From the NCBI GenBank assembly GCA_033762915.1, contig JANRLD010000075.1, forward strand, positions 1-64,000: DNA of 64,000 nucleotides, in the 5' to 3' direction. The translations under genes and the position numbers were made by a program. This DNA is from Meiothermus sp. (GTDB lineage: Bacteria; Deinococcota; Deinococci; Deinococcales; Thermaceae). Shown piece after piece: positions 49,081 through 60,119 of the stretch (its first letter is position 1; each line of letters opens with the position of its first letter). The notes below the pieces were generated by a model that was given only the letters and a program-made list of their open reading frames with translations, was not told the DNA's origin and searched no databases.

Positions 49081-49225
49081 GTTGCAACGCGAATTGTCGC
49101 CCGCCAGCTCCCGCAGGGAAATGCGCCCAGGGTAGCCACTCAGCGGCTGTGGCGCACGCCACTCCGCCTTGGCACATATTTACCGAATCCGCCATTTCCG
49201 CACTTCTACCCTGGCGCAACTTTAG
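49081..49225 (+). repeat. Dispersed degenerate repeat (MITE-like) with TGCGCC/GGCGCA ends
   Basis: AGGGAAATGCGCC ... TGGCGCAACTTTAG; homologous to 41125-41260. Confidence 0.7.
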
Positions 49226-49238
49226 TAAGGAGAACATC

Positions 49239-49781
49239 ATGAAAAAAGCGCTCTTCACAGCCGCAACACTCGCAGCCTTCGCGCTGGCCCAGGTCAACTG
49301 GCCCGCCCCCATCATCGGGATTCCCAACCACACTGCCCGAGATCAGGTCATGACCGCGACTGGAAAACTCGAGCAAGGCCGGCCGCTCGAGGATTTGAGC
49401 TGGGCAGCCAGCAGCCAGATTGCCTGTTTCCCCGCCACCCAGTTCGAGAAGTACCGGGGCAATCATGTCTTTTTCGCCATTCAGCTGCCCCGCCAGTCCA
49501 CCATGATCATCAAGTTGATCCCCAAAGATTCCAGCCAAAACCTCAGTCTGTACGCCTACAGCATCGGCACCCGAGATGCCACCCTGCCACCCAAAATTGC
49601 CCGGGTGACCTCTTGCGAGTCGAGCGAGAAGTGGGACCGGCCGGTGGCGGGAAAAACCCAGGACCACACCAGAAGCGTGGAGTTGCGGGCCATCCAAAAC
49701 CCCTACAACGTCATCATCGGAGTCAGCGGCCCCAAGGAGGCGGTGGCGGGTGAGTTCACCCTCGAGGTCCTGCTGAAGTAG
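49239..49781 (+). CDS. Hypothetical secreted protein (jelly-roll/PPC-like)
   Basis: Signal peptide ALA-Q; RBS AAGGAG. Confidence 0.75.
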   Translation: MKKALFTAATLAAFALAQVNWPAPIIGIPNHTARDQVMTATGKLEQGRPLEDLSWAASSQIACFPATQFEKYRGNHVFFAIQLPRQSTMIIKLIPKDSSQNLSLYAYSIGTRDATLPPKIARVTSCESSEKWDRPVAGKTQDHTRSVELRAIQNPYNVIIGVSGPKEAVAGEFTLEVLLK

Positions 49782-49806
49782 GGTTGGCTCGAGATCTGAC
49801 AAAGCC

Positions 49807-50274
49807 ATGAGCGACGAACTGTTCAACTTTCTGGTGGTGCTGGGCCTGATTGGCGTGTTTTTACTCCTCTGTGGGCTGGCCCTGTGGGGCCTGGGAATGC
49901 TGTCACTCTGGCTGCTCTTGCTCAAGGGCTTTGCCGGGTTGTTGGCCGCGAACGTGGCCTGGGTGATGTTATCCACGTTGATTGGAAGTTTTGTTCGCCT
50001 CGAGCCGACCGAGTGGTGGGTATTTGGCCTAAACCTGGTACTGACGCTGGGACTGGTGATTGGCTGGAGTGTGTATCTGGTGCAGATCGTGCAGGTACAG
50101 GGATTCTCCAGCCTGCCGGGAGCCGTCACGGCCTATACCCTCGGACTTCTGCCCAGCGGCTTGGGTATCTTGCTGGTGGGAGCCTTCTTCCACGGCACCC
50201 TATACCGAATTGCAGGGCTGGCGGTGGGAGTCTCGAGCTACATCATCCTTGTGCTGGTCGCCCTCTTCTCTTGA
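49807..50274 (+). CDS. Hypothetical membrane protein
   Basis: About five hydrophobic segments. Confidence 0.65.
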   Translation: MSDELFNFLVVLGLIGVFLLLCGLALWGLGMLSLWLLLLKGFAGLLAANVAWVMLSTLIGSFVRLEPTEWWVFGLNLVLTLGLVIGWSVYLVQIVQVQGFSSLPGAVTAYTLGLLPSGLGILLVGAFFHGTLYRIAGLAVGVSSYIILVLVALFS

Positions 50275-50803
50275 TGTGGTCGCTTCTCACTATTCATTAT
50301 GCGGATTCGTATACAATATGCTCTAGGTTTGGCCCAGCGCCAAGCCCAAATCCAAGGCGAAAAGTTGCTGTTCGTCCATTGCTGCTCAGCGGCCTCGCCT
50401 GAAAGCTAGGAAGTGTTATGTTCAAACGCCCAAAACGCACCGATCAGAAGCAAAAGACCATCACCGCCGAACCCAAGCCTCAATCTGGTTTCCAACTGGC
50501 CCTCTCGGCCCTGCTGGACATGCTGGGGCAACCCAGCCAGCGCCGCACCTTCGAACACTAAAGACCGGGTTTCCAACCTGGGCTCGAGCAATGCGCTCGA
50601 GCCTTTTCTTGTTTAATGTGGACGCTCGAGATCTACCTCGCATTCCATCAATACCCCTCAAGCGGAAGCTCCGATGTGCACGGTAAATTGCGCCCGCTCT
50701 GGCTCCGGCTTGAGCACATCCCAGACCGGCGCTACGCTGCGAACTGCCGAAAAGACGATAGCCTATATCGGTTCACTGTGCGTATAGACCGGTGGAGGCT
50801 GCT

Positions 50804-51223
50804 ATGAAACGACTGGTTCTGGTTGGGATGTTGGCGGTGGGGGTTCTGGCCCAGAGTTTGGGTGGGGTCCCGCGCAATTACGCGGGCTTTGCGGCCTGGG
50901 AAAAGGTGGCGACAGCCGGCTTGCCCACCGGTGGCCCGCATGCCGGTCGTGAAAAGGTCGTGTATGCCAACCCAACAGCCTTCAAGGACTGGAAGAGCGG
51001 CAAGCCCCTGCCGGTGGGGAGCATCGTAGTTAAGATTGCCGGGCCGGCGGCCGCCCCTACCTTGATTGCCACCATGGAAAAGCGTCCAGCTGGCTGGTAC
51101 TACGAGGAATATTTCCCCGAGAACGGGCGATACGTGCTCAAGTTTGGAGGCCCCAACGGTCAGAACCTGTGTGTGAGCTGCCACACCGGGGCCAAAGCCA
51201 AGGATTATCTGTTTGTCCGCTGA
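50804..51223 (+). CDS. Cytochrome P460/c'-beta family c-type cytochrome
   Basis: Signal peptide; VYAN, PVGSIVVK, MEK, GW.Y, C-terminal CVSCH..KDYLF. Confidence 0.8.
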   Translation: MKRLVLVGMLAVGVLAQSLGGVPRNYAGFAAWEKVATAGLPTGGPHAGREKVVYANPTAFKDWKSGKPLPVGSIVVKIAGPAAAPTLIATMEKRPAGWYYEEYFPENGRYVLKFGGPNGQNLCVSCHTGAKAKDYLFVR

Positions 51224-51568
51224 ACCATTCGTCAGCGAGCTTTGCGGTTCATCCATTCGTGTTTCCCACCATTACCTCCCTCGCGGCGGCAGGTAAAGCA
51301 CTCCCTTCAGCAAAAATCGCTGTAGGGAGTATGCGTGGGAACCGCTTATGACCTGGGCAGGTATCTAGACCGCTGCTGCCAAATTCGGCCTGAAGCTCCT
51401 CGAGCGGGCCAAGCCGGGTAGGGTCCAAGCCCGGCTGGTGGACGATCATCTCCGGTGTTGGGCCAGCTCGAGTTCAGGGCCACCATTGGTGTGCTCCCTT
51501 TTCTCCCGGGCGAATACATCAGCATCAAGGGGGGCCTGGCCATTGCGCCAAACCCCGGTCGTCGCCCC

Positions 51569-52183
51569 TTAACCCTCGCGCCGCTGCAGCTGCACCAGGC
51601 GCATCAAGGCCAGCGCGGTGAACTCTTCCCACTCATCGGGCACCGGGTCTACGGCCTCGAGCAAATACCGGCGCTCAAAAATCGAGCGCTGTTTGCGCAT
51701 GCGGTAGCGTAGCTTGCCGTAGCTGTCCTCCATCACGTAGGTGGGATTGACGAAGTAAGTCAGGGCTGCGGCGGCCGCCCAGCCGATGACCGGAATGTCG
51801 TCAAGAAAGTTGGCCAGCACGTCGGTCATAGCCAGCCAGGGGTTCTCCTCCTTAACGTGATAGATGGTGTTGCCCTCGGCATCCCGGACAAAGTACCGGG
51901 CTTGCCAGATCGAGCCCCAGCCGTCGTTCTCGAAGGTGGCGAATAGGCTGCCGTCCATGTGCTTAACCTGGTGCTTGGCCCCAAAGCCGATGATCTGATT
52001 GGCCTCGAGGGTGTAGAGCGGTTGGGTTTTGGCCTGGTCGGCAAACACCGTGGTGGCCTCGCGCAAGGTGAACAGCTTCTGCTTGAAGGTCATCACGTTT
52101 TTGCCCGAGGCGTCCATCAGGTGCATCTCGGGCGTGAGCGCGAGCAGCTTGAAAGTGACGTTGAGGGGGTAGGTCAGGGCCAT
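51569..52183 (-). CDS. LURP-one/scramblase-like protein
   Basis: FKQKLFTLRE...VF.D pattern; YRMRKQRSIFERRY. Confidence 0.7.
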   Translation of the reverse strand: MALTYPLNVTFKLLALTPEMHLMDASGKNVMTFKQKLFTLREATTVFADQAKTQPLYTLEANQIIGFGAKHQVKHMDGSLFATFENDGWGSIWQARYFVRDAEGNTIYHVKEENPWLAMTDVLANFLDDIPVIGWAAAAALTYFVNPTYVMEDSYGKLRYRMRKQRSIFERRYLLEAVDPVPDEWEEFTALALMRLVQLQRREG

Positions 52184-52255
52184 GAGAAAAGGATAACAGG
52201 GGACACCGCAGTTAGGGAGAAGATGAAGTGCGAGGGCTGCGGTCGCCAAACCTGG

Positions 52256-52332
52256 TTTAGGTTGCGCCATACTGAGATTGCAGGACTTCAGCACAGCCTC
52301 ATCAGCGAGTGGCTTTTGGGCGCAATTGCCCG
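52256..52332 (-). repeat. Short member of the TTGCGCC/GGCGCAA dispersed repeat
   Basis: Minus strand GGGCAATTGCGCC ... TGGCGCAACCTAAA. Confidence 0.55.
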
Positions 52333-52442
52333 ATCTATCGGTGAGTGCGGATGCTGCAATTCCACTATGGAGATGTTTAGTTGACGTGGCTCCGGCTCTT
52401 CGGTGATGCCGTCGCGAGCGCTATCCCCACAGGTTTGGTGGC

Positions 52443-52832
52443 TCAGTTTAGCATACGGAACGGTTTACGCAGCTCAAACCTCGGAATCCGCACCCGGAAC
52501 AGCTCGCCCAGCACGGTCTGGAAGGTGTAAAAGCCATGCATCGATCCGGGCGGGCTGGCGAGGGGGCAGAAGGAGTTGTACTGGTAGATCTGGCCTGGCT
52601 CGAGGATTGGCTTGTGACCGACCACACCCTCGTCGTTGACATAGCCGACCTGGGTTTCGCCCTCAAGGATGAACCACTCGCGCCGAAGCAGTTGCACCGT
52701 CTCGGGCCCTCGGTTCTCAAGGGTGATGAAGTAAACGAACATTTCGTGCCCGGGCCGGCTGTGCTGGGCCGCATAGGCCACCTCGACCGAGACCACAACC
52801 TCCTCTCGGATGGGTAGGGTGGATTCTGCCAT
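52443..52832 (-). CDS. apaG: ApaG protein
   Basis: VQLLRREWFI, EGVVGHKPILEPG, GSMHGFY. Confidence 0.9.
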   Translation of the reverse strand: MAESTLPIREEVVVSVEVAYAAQHSRPGHEMFVYFITLENRGPETVQLLRREWFILEGETQVGYVNDEGVVGHKPILEPGQIYQYNSFCPLASPPGSMHGFYTFQTVLGELFRVRIPRFELRKPFRMLN

Positions 52833-52929
52833 TTGACCTACCCTAAACCATTTTTCAGCCGAAGGGTTGTCGCAGGTGACATATTCTGTCATAATCGTAA
52901 CGTTTGGTCGCAGTATGAAAGGAGCCGCT

Positions 52930-53412
52930 ATGGACTATCCCGAGCACGAGAAGTTCAGCCACCCCGGTCTCACCGCCTCGCTGTTGAGCGCCCTCGAGAT
53001 GGCCATGCTGGGCGACGAGAAAGACCCCAAGTACGGTTGGTATAACGGTCTGCTCGCAAGCCTCGAGCCCGTTGGCGCGGAACAGGCGGGTTGGTCGGCC
53101 GTGAACGGCGGCAGCACCGTCGCTGCGCATGCTGACCACATTCTGGTCACGTTTCGCTTCGTCCAGGCCATGTTCGGGGGGCACGAGTTTCAGCCCGATT
53201 GGGGTGCCTCTTGGCACCAGCGCTCCCGGCCTGGCAAGGCCGATTGGGACCAGCTCAAGGTGGACTTGCGGCGTGAGTACGAGGCCACGCGGGAGCTAAT
53301 CGAGGCCAGGCCTTACTGGCGGGAGTCCGGATTCACCCAGATGCTCCACCATATTGCCCATATCGCCTATCACGCCTCGGCGGTGCGTCAGATTTTGAAG
53401 GCTGCGGGATAG
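52930..53412 (+). CDS. DinB-family protein
   Basis: TVAAHADH and HIAYHASAVRQ. Confidence 0.75.
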   Translation: MDYPEHEKFSHPGLTASLLSALEMAMLGDEKDPKYGWYNGLLASLEPVGAEQAGWSAVNGGSTVAAHADHILVTFRFVQAMFGGHEFQPDWGASWHQRSRPGKADWDQLKVDLRREYEATRELIEARPYWRESGFTQMLHHIAHIAYHASAVRQILKAAG

Positions 53413-53534
53413 CTTCGAGCCCCGCCCATTATGATCGGAGTTGAGATGCGCAAGAGGCCAACCGACACCTCGAAGGTTTACCGGGCTAATCGAAATCGAA
53501 TCGCGAACGGGCGTGGGCCGGCGCTGTGGAAGTT

Positions 53535-54065
53535 ATGGCGGTGCGGGACATGACGTCGCTTGAGACCTATCTTGGCACCCATCTGCGCTATAGCGTCTGG
53601 GCCAGCCGCCGCGTTTTGCACGCCCTCGGCGACCTTACCCCCGAAGAGTACGGGCGCGAGCTGCTGGAGGGCTTGAGCCTGCGGGCGGTGGCCGAGCAAC
53701 TTTTCGAGGGCGACCGCAACTGGTTCGAGCTGCTGGCTGGTGAGCCCTCGGGCCTCGAGGCCCCCGGCCCTTACACCGAACTGCCGGACCTCCAGCTCGA
53801 CTACCGCGACCTTCTACGCCAACTCGAGACCCTGGCCTTCTTCCTCGACGACCTCGAGCTGGCCGGGCACTTCGCCCAGGACGCGGTTTTGGTGCCCTGG
53901 CTGGGGGAGTTCGTGCCCAAACTCCAGGCCGCCCTCGCGGCTGTCTCCGATGCCACCCACCGCCGCGGCCAGCTGGCTTTGTTGCTGCGCCAGCTCGGAC
54001 GCCCGGTGCCGCGGCTGGGAATGGCGCACTTTTTCCTGGACTTGGAAAACCCGGCCTCGAGGTGA
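53535..54065 (+). CDS. DinB-family protein (degenerate metal site)
   Basis: Y..WA.RR.L, THRRGQL..LLRQLG; start uncertain. Confidence 0.72.
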   Translation: MAVRDMTSLETYLGTHLRYSVWASRRVLHALGDLTPEEYGRELLEGLSLRAVAEQLFEGDRNWFELLAGEPSGLEAPGPYTELPDLQLDYRDLLRQLETLAFFLDDLELAGHFAQDAVLVPWLGEFVPKLQAALAAVSDATHRRGQLALLLRQLGRPVPRLGMAHFFLDLENPASR

Positions 54066-54206
54066 GGCTGGAGGGGTCGCAGGGGCCCGACTCAAAAGCA
54101 TCCAGTCAGCCGACCTCAAGAGCCCAACCCCTGAAGGCTGCCGGCTCTTCGCGCCAGACGTGGATGAAGAGTTTTGCAGGCTGTAGGTCAGATTGCTCGA
54201 GCGGGG

Positions 54207-55019
54207 TTAGCCCTTGACCGATCCTGCCAGCAGCCCCCGGATGAAGTAGCGACCTAAAAGTACGTACACCAGCAGCGTCGGGAGCGCGGCCAGCAGAGCG
54301 CCCGCCATCGGGAGGTTCCACTTCACCGCCTCGCCGCCAGCAAGCTGGGCCAGCGCCACCGTGATGGGCTGGTTGGCTGGGCTACTGACAAGCGTGACCG
54401 CAAAGAGAAACTCATTCCAGATCTGGGTGAACTGCCAGATGATCACCACCACAAAGCCAGGTATGGACAGTGGGAAGATCACCTGGCGGTAGATGCTGAA
54501 GAACCCTGCCCCGTCGATGCGGGCGGCCTCGATCAGCTCGTCGGGAATCTCGGCATAGTAGTTGCGGAAGATCAGGGTAGTGATGGGCAAGCCATAGACC
54601 ACATGAACTAAGATCAGCCCCCAAAGGCTGCCGCCCAGCCCGATTTCGCGGATGAACTGGAACATCGGGATGAGCACCGCCTGGTAGGGGATGAACATCC
54701 CGAACAGCATCAGCGGGAATATGACGTTGGCTCCCGGAAAGCGCCACTTGGAGAGCACGTAGCCGTTGAGCGAGCCCAGCAGCGCCGAGAGCAGGGTGGC
54801 CATTAGGGTCAAGAAAAAGCTGTTCTGGAGCTTGGGTGCGAAGGCCGCCCAGGCTTGGGCGAAGCTCTCCCAGTACCACCGCTCCGGCAGCCGCCAGGTG
54901 CCCACGAGGGTGATGGCGGCAGGCTCTTTCAGGGCGGTCACCACCACCAGGTAGACCGGCAGCAGAAAGAACAGTGTGGCCACAAAGAGGATTCCGTACT
55001 GCAAAACTCGGCCGATCAT
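54207..55019 (-). CDS. Carbohydrate (glucose) ABC permease
   Basis: [22 protein letters not shown]. Confidence 0.9.
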   Translation of the reverse strand: MIGRVLQYGILFVATLFFLLPVYLVVVTALKEPAAITLVGTWRLPERWYWESFAQAWAAFAPKLQNSFFLTLMATLLSALLGSLNGYVLSKWRFPGANVIFPLMLFGMFIPYQAVLIPMFQFIREIGLGGSLWGLILVHVVYGLPITTLIFRNYYAEIPDELIEAARIDGAGFFSIYRQVIFPLSIPGFVVVIIWQFTQIWNEFLFAVTLVSSPANQPITVALAQLAGGEAVKWNLPMAGALLAALPTLLVYVLLGRYFIRGLLAGSVKG

Positions 55020-56140
55020 CGGCGCACCTCCCGCTTAAGTTGGCTGTAGAGGTAGGGCACGATCACAAGCGCGACCATGACCAGCAGAATCGTGCCGATG
55101 GCAGCACCCTTGGCAATCTGATTGGCCCTGAAGGTGGTCAGGTACATCAAGAGGGCCGGCACGTCGGTGGGGGCGTTGTCGGCACCCGCCATAGCAAAGA
55201 TCAGGTCAAAGATCTTAAGGCTTATGTGACCCAGGATGATCATGGCCGAAAGGGTGATGGGGGCCAGCAACGGGAAGATGATGCGCTGATAGAGCTGCCA
55301 CTCGTTGGCCCCGTCCACCTTGGCGGCCTCGCGAAGCTCCTCGGGTATGCCGCGGAGACCGGCCAGGTACAGCGCCATGGTGTACCCCGACATCTGCCAC
55401 ACTGCCGCGATGATAATGCCGATAAAGGCCAGGTTAAAGCCGTGTGGCTCGTCGAAAGGCAGCGGCTTTAGGGTGCGCCCGATGGTAAGCGCCCATAGCA
55501 GTAGCAGGCCCGCCGAGACCGCCGCGATCCAGGCCCGCCGCCGCTCACCGGCCCGGTAGGCCGAGAGGGCGATGTAGGCCAGCACCACTGCGACCACCGC
55601 TGCGGTGATGAGCGGAAGGCTGTTCCAGCTGAATTGCCAGACCTGCTCTCTCGAGGTCAGCCAGGCGAACTCGCCCGGCGGCAGCCCAAGCACGGTGGGC
55701 AGCTGGTTTACCCCGCCCGCAGGCTGCAGCATCCAGCGCCAGATGGTGCCGGTGACGATGAACGAGAGCGACATGGGGAACAGAAAGATAGTCCGGAAAA
55801 ACCCCTCACCCTTGGGGCTGCGGTCGAGCGTAAGGGCCAGCGCCAGCCCCACCCCGAGGCAGCCCAGGATGAAGAACAGTGTAAAGAAAAACGTGTTAAC
55901 CAAGTCTTGGCGGAAGCGACCATCGATCAGTCCGGTGAACAGTTCCCGATAGTTCTCGAGGCCGATGAAGTTGACTTTAGGGTTGGCTGCCAGGGCCTGG
56001 GCGGGGTCGCGCCCCCAGTCGGTCAGCGAGGTGTAGAAGGTCTGGCCGATGAAGCCATACACAAAGATCCCAACCAGTACGATCGAAGGCAGGATCACCA
56101 TAAACCCGTAAAGGTTGTCCTTGTTCCTAAACCAGTTCAT
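55016..56140 (-). CDS. Carbohydrate (glucose) ABC permease
   Basis: [20 protein letters not shown]. Confidence 0.9.
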   Translation of the reverse strand: MNWFRNKDNLYGFMVILPSIVLVGIFVYGFIGQTFYTSLTDWGRDPAQALAANPKVNFIGLENYRELFTGLIDGRFRQDLVNTFFFTLFFILGCLGVGLALALTLDRSPKGEGFFRTIFLFPMSLSFIVTGTIWRWMLQPAGGVNQLPTVLGLPPGEFAWLTSREQVWQFSWNSLPLITAAVVAVVLAYIALSAYRAGERRRAWIAAVSAGLLLLWALTIGRTLKPLPFDEPHGFNLAFIGIIIAAVWQMSGYTMALYLAGLRGIPEELREAAKVDGANEWQLYQRIIFPLLAPITLSAMIILGHISLKIFDLIFAMAGADNAPTDVPALLMYLTTFRANQIAKGAAIGTILLVMVALVIVPYLYSQLKREVRR

Positions 56141-56607
56141 AGCGGATTCCTCGCGGCGGTCGGCTGGACGGTAGGTACGCGCATAGTGTTCCTTTGAAAA
56201 AGTTGGCCTTCTTGGTTTGTGCGTCTGATATTGGCCGGGTCAGGTTTTGCGGCTGAGAACTGTCTGGAAAGCGGCGGGAACCAGATCATGGGCTGCGTTT
56301 TGCAGCGGGTTGGCTCCTCCTGCGCCCAAGCACGTTCGGCGAATCCAAGGATGGCTCACGCGGCGTTAGCCGGTCTGAGATGTCCATTCCAGCGCTGCGT
56401 GCTGGTTAAGACAAACCCATCACGCTGACGGTGTGTCTTGGGGGAGTGGTGCTGGAACGGAGAACACCAATACTGCGGCCAGTGGGCCGCTTTTGCCTCT
56501 CGAGCCGTAGCAGGAGTTGGCCTGTAGGGTAGCGAGGGTGGTCGCACACCGGCCTGCCACCGGCGTGCGAGCACCCCCTATGCCCCACTATCCGTCAGAG
56601 GCAGGCG

Positions 56608-57846
56608 CTATTGGCCCAGCCGCACTTGCGTGGCAATGGCCTGGGCGGCGTTGGCAGCGGCGGTGGCGTTCTTGCCGCTGAGGTAGATCTCCATCACGGT
56701 GCCGAACTGGCTCATAAAGCTCTCAGGCGCGACGGCACCGTGAACCAGCGAGCCCACGATGCGGTTGGACTTCCAGTCGCGCATGGCCGACTGCAGGTAT
56801 GCGTTGTACTTGGCGGGGTCGGAGTCGTTGCGGGCGGCGATGGAGCCCTTAAGCGGGTTGAAGGCGTCCTGGCCCTCTTTGGAGCCCAGTAGCTTAAGCC
56901 AGTTGATTACGTTGGCGCGGTTCTTGGCCCCTTTGGGCAGCCCGAACGAGTCGGAGAGCATCATGAACATGCCCGAGGTACCCGGAGAGGGCGCGAAGCC
57001 GAAGTCGGTGCCGGGGGTGAGCTTCTTGGTGGTGGTGAGGTATCCAGCCGCCCAGTCGCCCATGATATTGAAGGCGGCGGTACCCTCCACTACCCGGTCG
57101 GTGGCCTGCTGCCAGGAAAGTGCGGATGCGTCCTTGTTGGCGCAGTCCATGACCTGGCCGAAAGTCTGAAACACCCTGACCACTTTGGGGTCGGAAAACT
57201 TCAGCTTGCCTTGCCACAGGGCGGTGTAGTCGGCAGCGCCCAACACGCCCAACGCGACCGACTCCCAAAGGTGTTGCTGGGTCCAGTTCTCGCCCACCAC
57301 CAGGGGGGCCGCGAGGCCCTTGCCCTTAAGGGTGGTGCAGGTGGTCAGGAATTCGGCCCAGGTCTTGGGGGGCTGCACGCCCCACTCGCGCAGCTTGGCG
57401 GGGTTGTACCACATCACGTTGGAGCGGTGGATGTTGACCGGCACGCTGTAGATCTTGCCGTTCACGGTTAGCAGGTCCAACAGGCCTTTGGGGAACTTGG
57501 TGTTCCAACCTTCGGAGCGGTACAGGCTGGTTAGGTCCTCCATGCGGTCGGCCACGACCCAGGTGCCGGTAAGCTCTTGCCCGGCGTGAACCTGAAAGCT
57601 GTCGGGCGGGTCGCCCCCCAGCATCCGGGTCTTGAGCACGGCCCGCGCGTTAACGCCCGAGCCGCCGGTCACGGTGGCGTTGACCACCTCGACGTTTGGG
57701 TAGCGTTTTTTGTAGATGTCCACCAGCGCCTGCAGCGCGGGCCCCTCGTCGCCCGCCCACCAGGAGAAGATCTCAAGCTTCCCGCTTTGCGCTAGGGCCA
57801 TAAAGCCCAGCGCCGCCACTCCCGCTGCCATAAGCCACTTCTTCAT
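56608..57846 (-). CDS. Glucose-binding ABC substrate-binding protein (Thermus GBP-like)
   Basis: [46 protein letters not shown]. Confidence 0.88.
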   Translation of the reverse strand: MKKWLMAAGVAALGFMALAQSGKLEIFSWWAGDEGPALQALVDIYKKRYPNVEVVNATVTGGSGVNARAVLKTRMLGGDPPDSFQVHAGQELTGTWVVADRMEDLTSLYRSEGWNTKFPKGLLDLLTVNGKIYSVPVNIHRSNVMWYNPAKLREWGVQPPKTWAEFLTTCTTLKGKGLAAPLVVGENWTQQHLWESVALGVLGAADYTALWQGKLKFSDPKVVRVFQTFGQVMDCANKDASALSWQQATDRVVEGTAAFNIMGDWAAGYLTTTKKLTPGTDFGFAPSPGTSGMFMMLSDSFGLPKGAKNRANVINWLKLLGSKEGQDAFNPLKGSIAARNDSDPAKYNAYLQSAMRDWKSNRIVGSLVHGAVAPESFMSQFGTVMEIYLSGKNATAAANAAQAIATQVRLGQ

Positions 57847-57879
57847 AGTTTCCTCCTCAAACCCGAACTCGACCAGCCT

Positions 57880-59067
57880 TTAGCCGGGCGCCCGAGAGGG
57901 GTTTGGTCGGCCCTCCTCCCGAACACCACCGGATGCCAAAAAGCGCTGCAGCACCAGGGCCGCAGCGCCCATAGCCGGAGCCAGATGCCCGAACGCGCTG
58001 GGCCGGATCGGCATCGCAGCGTGTTCGGGGACGTACGCGACCTCGGACAGCCGCTCGCGCAGGGGGGCCTCGAGCCAGGGCCAGGCCTCCGCCCCCAGCC
58101 CGCCCAGCACCACCACCGCTGGGTCGAAGGCCACAGCCGCGTTGGCGACAAAGTGGCCCAACTGGCGGGCCAAGTGCTCGAGGGTCTGCTGGGCCAGGGC
58201 GTCGCCGGACTGGGCCTGCTCCATCAACTCGCGGAAGCCTTCGACGCGCCCGCCCTGGGCCTGGTAGCGGAGTACCGAGGCCCGCAGCGAGACCTCTCCC
58301 TCCACCACCGAGGTGCCGTTGGGCTGACGCTGCGCCCCCAGCAGCCAGTGACCCAGCTCTCCCGCCGCGCCGATTCGTCCCCGGTAGACCTGACCGTTTA
58401 CCACCAGTCCGGTACCCAGCCCAGTGGCCAGGACGATATACAACAGCGGGCTGTGGTTCTCGCCCCAGAAGGTCTCGCCCAGGGCCGAGGCCTTGGCGTC
58501 GTTCTCGAGGACTACTGGCATGCCCAGCAAGGCCTCGAGGTCGTCCGCAGGGCGCTCTTCGCGCCAGCCGAGGCCGAAGTTGGGGGCATAGACCAGGGTG
58601 CGGTCTTCACGGATCACCCCCGGTACGGTCAGCCCCGCGCCCAGCGGCTGCCCGAGCCCCTCAACTTCCCGTCCGACCCGCTCGGCCAACCTGACCAAAC
58701 GCTCGGGCAATGGGGTCTCGGGCTTCTCGGGCCATTCCCAGCGGCCCTGGGGCTGACTGGCCAAGTCGAGAAGGATCACGGTGGTGCGTTCCACGCCCAG
58801 CTCTATGCCCAGCGCCAGGGCACCCTCGGAGTGCAGCTCGAGTGTCAGGCCAGGCCGACCTAGGCCGGGCGTGCGCAGGGTTCCCTCGGAGAGCAGCCGC
58901 TCCTCGAGCAGCTCCTGGGTCAGCGCTGACACCGTACTCTTGGTCAGCCCCACTGCCCGGGCCAGTTCGGCCCGGCTAAGCGACCCTTCCCGGCGCACGG
59001 CTTCCAGGATCAGCCGGCGGTTGTGCCGCTTAATGCGCTGTTGATCCAAAGGCAGGTCACGAGGCAT
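57880..59067 (-). CDS. ROK-family transcriptional regulator
   Basis: HTH SRAELARAVGLTKSTVS, LENDAKA, GAAGELGH; start uncertain (59067 or 59100). Confidence 0.9.
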   Translation of the reverse strand: MPRDLPLDQQRIKRHNRRLILEAVRREGSLSRAELARAVGLTKSTVSALTQELLEERLLSEGTLRTPGLGRPGLTLELHSEGALALGIELGVERTTVILLDLASQPQGRWEWPEKPETPLPERLVRLAERVGREVEGLGQPLGAGLTVPGVIREDRTLVYAPNFGLGWREERPADDLEALLGMPVVLENDAKASALGETFWGENHSPLLYIVLATGLGTGLVVNGQVYRGRIGAAGELGHWLLGAQRQPNGTSVVEGEVSLRASVLRYQAQGGRVEGFRELMEQAQSGDALAQQTLEHLARQLGHFVANAAVAFDPAVVVLGGLGAEAWPWLEAPLRERLSEVAYVPEHAAMPIRPSAFGHLAPAMGAAALVLQRFLASGGVREEGRPNPSRAPG

Positions 59068-59107
59068 GGGGTATCGCCCGTAAAGATGGTTTGACTGCAC
59101 CGGAGAA

Positions 59108-59166
59108 TTAGTAAGTTTGTCGAACGAACTAAAACGAGTCTACCGACTGAACTGTAGTCTTGTCAA
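59108..59166 (-). promoter_or_regulatory. Sigma70 promoter TTGACA-N18-TAGACT followed by a ROK/XylR-type palindromic operator
   Basis: Operator TTAGTAAGTTTGTCGAACGAACTAA at 59108-59132; -10 at 59137-59142; -35 at 59161-59166. Confidence 0.8.
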
Positions 59167-59415
59167 CACACTCTTGGCGGCAATAGGTCAACCGGGTCGG
59201 GAAGACGGCGACCTCGAGCACTAATAAGCGCGGTTTATCGCAATACCTTGCACTCGAGGGGTCTTGACGCAAAAAACCTGCCCCCACATCAGCACGGGGG
59301 TCTGGCGATCGGGGTTGGGTAGGGGCTTCCTGGCGCTGCGGTTCGTTGACCTACCCACGAGGAGGGTTTGGGCGGCCAGCGCCTTGAGTCAGTTTGGTTG
59401 ATCAATCACGAATCA

Positions 59416-60099
59416 CTACACGGATGCGGGTGTCTGCCCACGGCCTGATCGGGCTTGGTCTAGCAACTCTTCGGGCCTCAGGTCGCACAGGCATTCCAAG
59501 ACCAGGTCGGCCGGGCTAAGGTCTAGATGGCGGGTGAGGAAGTTGGGCACCGCCACGGTGTACGCACCGGCAGACTTTGCCGCCTTAACTCCGTTAAGCG
59601 AGTCCTCGATCACCACCGTCTGTGCGGGGGGTAGTCCCAGCGCCTCGGCAGCCTTGATGAACAGGGCGGGGTCGGGCTTGGTGCGCTCCACATCTTCCTT
59701 GGTGCGTACGACCTCGAAGTGCTGCCACAGCCCCAATCGCCTGAGGTGGCCTTCAACCCAGGCCAGCCTTGAGCTGCTGGCCACGGCCAGTTGCAGCCCC
59801 AGCCCTGGCGCGGCCTCCAGGAGGTCCACCACCCCGCGCATAGGCTCGAGCTGGCTGTTGAGTTCGGCCTTGCGGGCCTTGATGTGCGCTTCAATCTGGG
59901 GATGGTCCAGCGACCTTCCGACCATCCGCTCGAGGTGCCTTGAGGGCTCGAAGGGCACGTCGTTGGTGCCCACACAGGGCAGCCAAAACTCGAGGGTCAG
60001 TTCCGCGCCGTGCTCCCGGAACACCTCCTGCCAGGCCAGGAACTCGGTCCGCTCGGTGTCCAGAATGGTCCCGTCAAAGTCGAAGATCAAGGCGCGCAT
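59416..60099 (-). CDS. HAD-family phosphatase
   Basis: FDFDGTILD, KPDP, IEDS.NG. Confidence 0.92.
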   Translation of the reverse strand: MRALIFDFDGTILDTERTEFLAWQEVFREHGAELTLEFWLPCVGTNDVPFEPSRHLERMVGRSLDHPQIEAHIKARKAELNSQLEPMRGVVDLLEAAPGLGLQLAVASSSRLAWVEGHLRRLGLWQHFEVVRTKEDVERTKPDPALFIKAAEALGLPPAQTVVIEDSLNGVKAAKSAGAYTVAVPNFLTRHLDLSPADLVLECLCDLRPEELLDQARSGRGQTPASV

Positions 60100-60119
60100 T
60101 CCCCAACTATACTGGGTTC

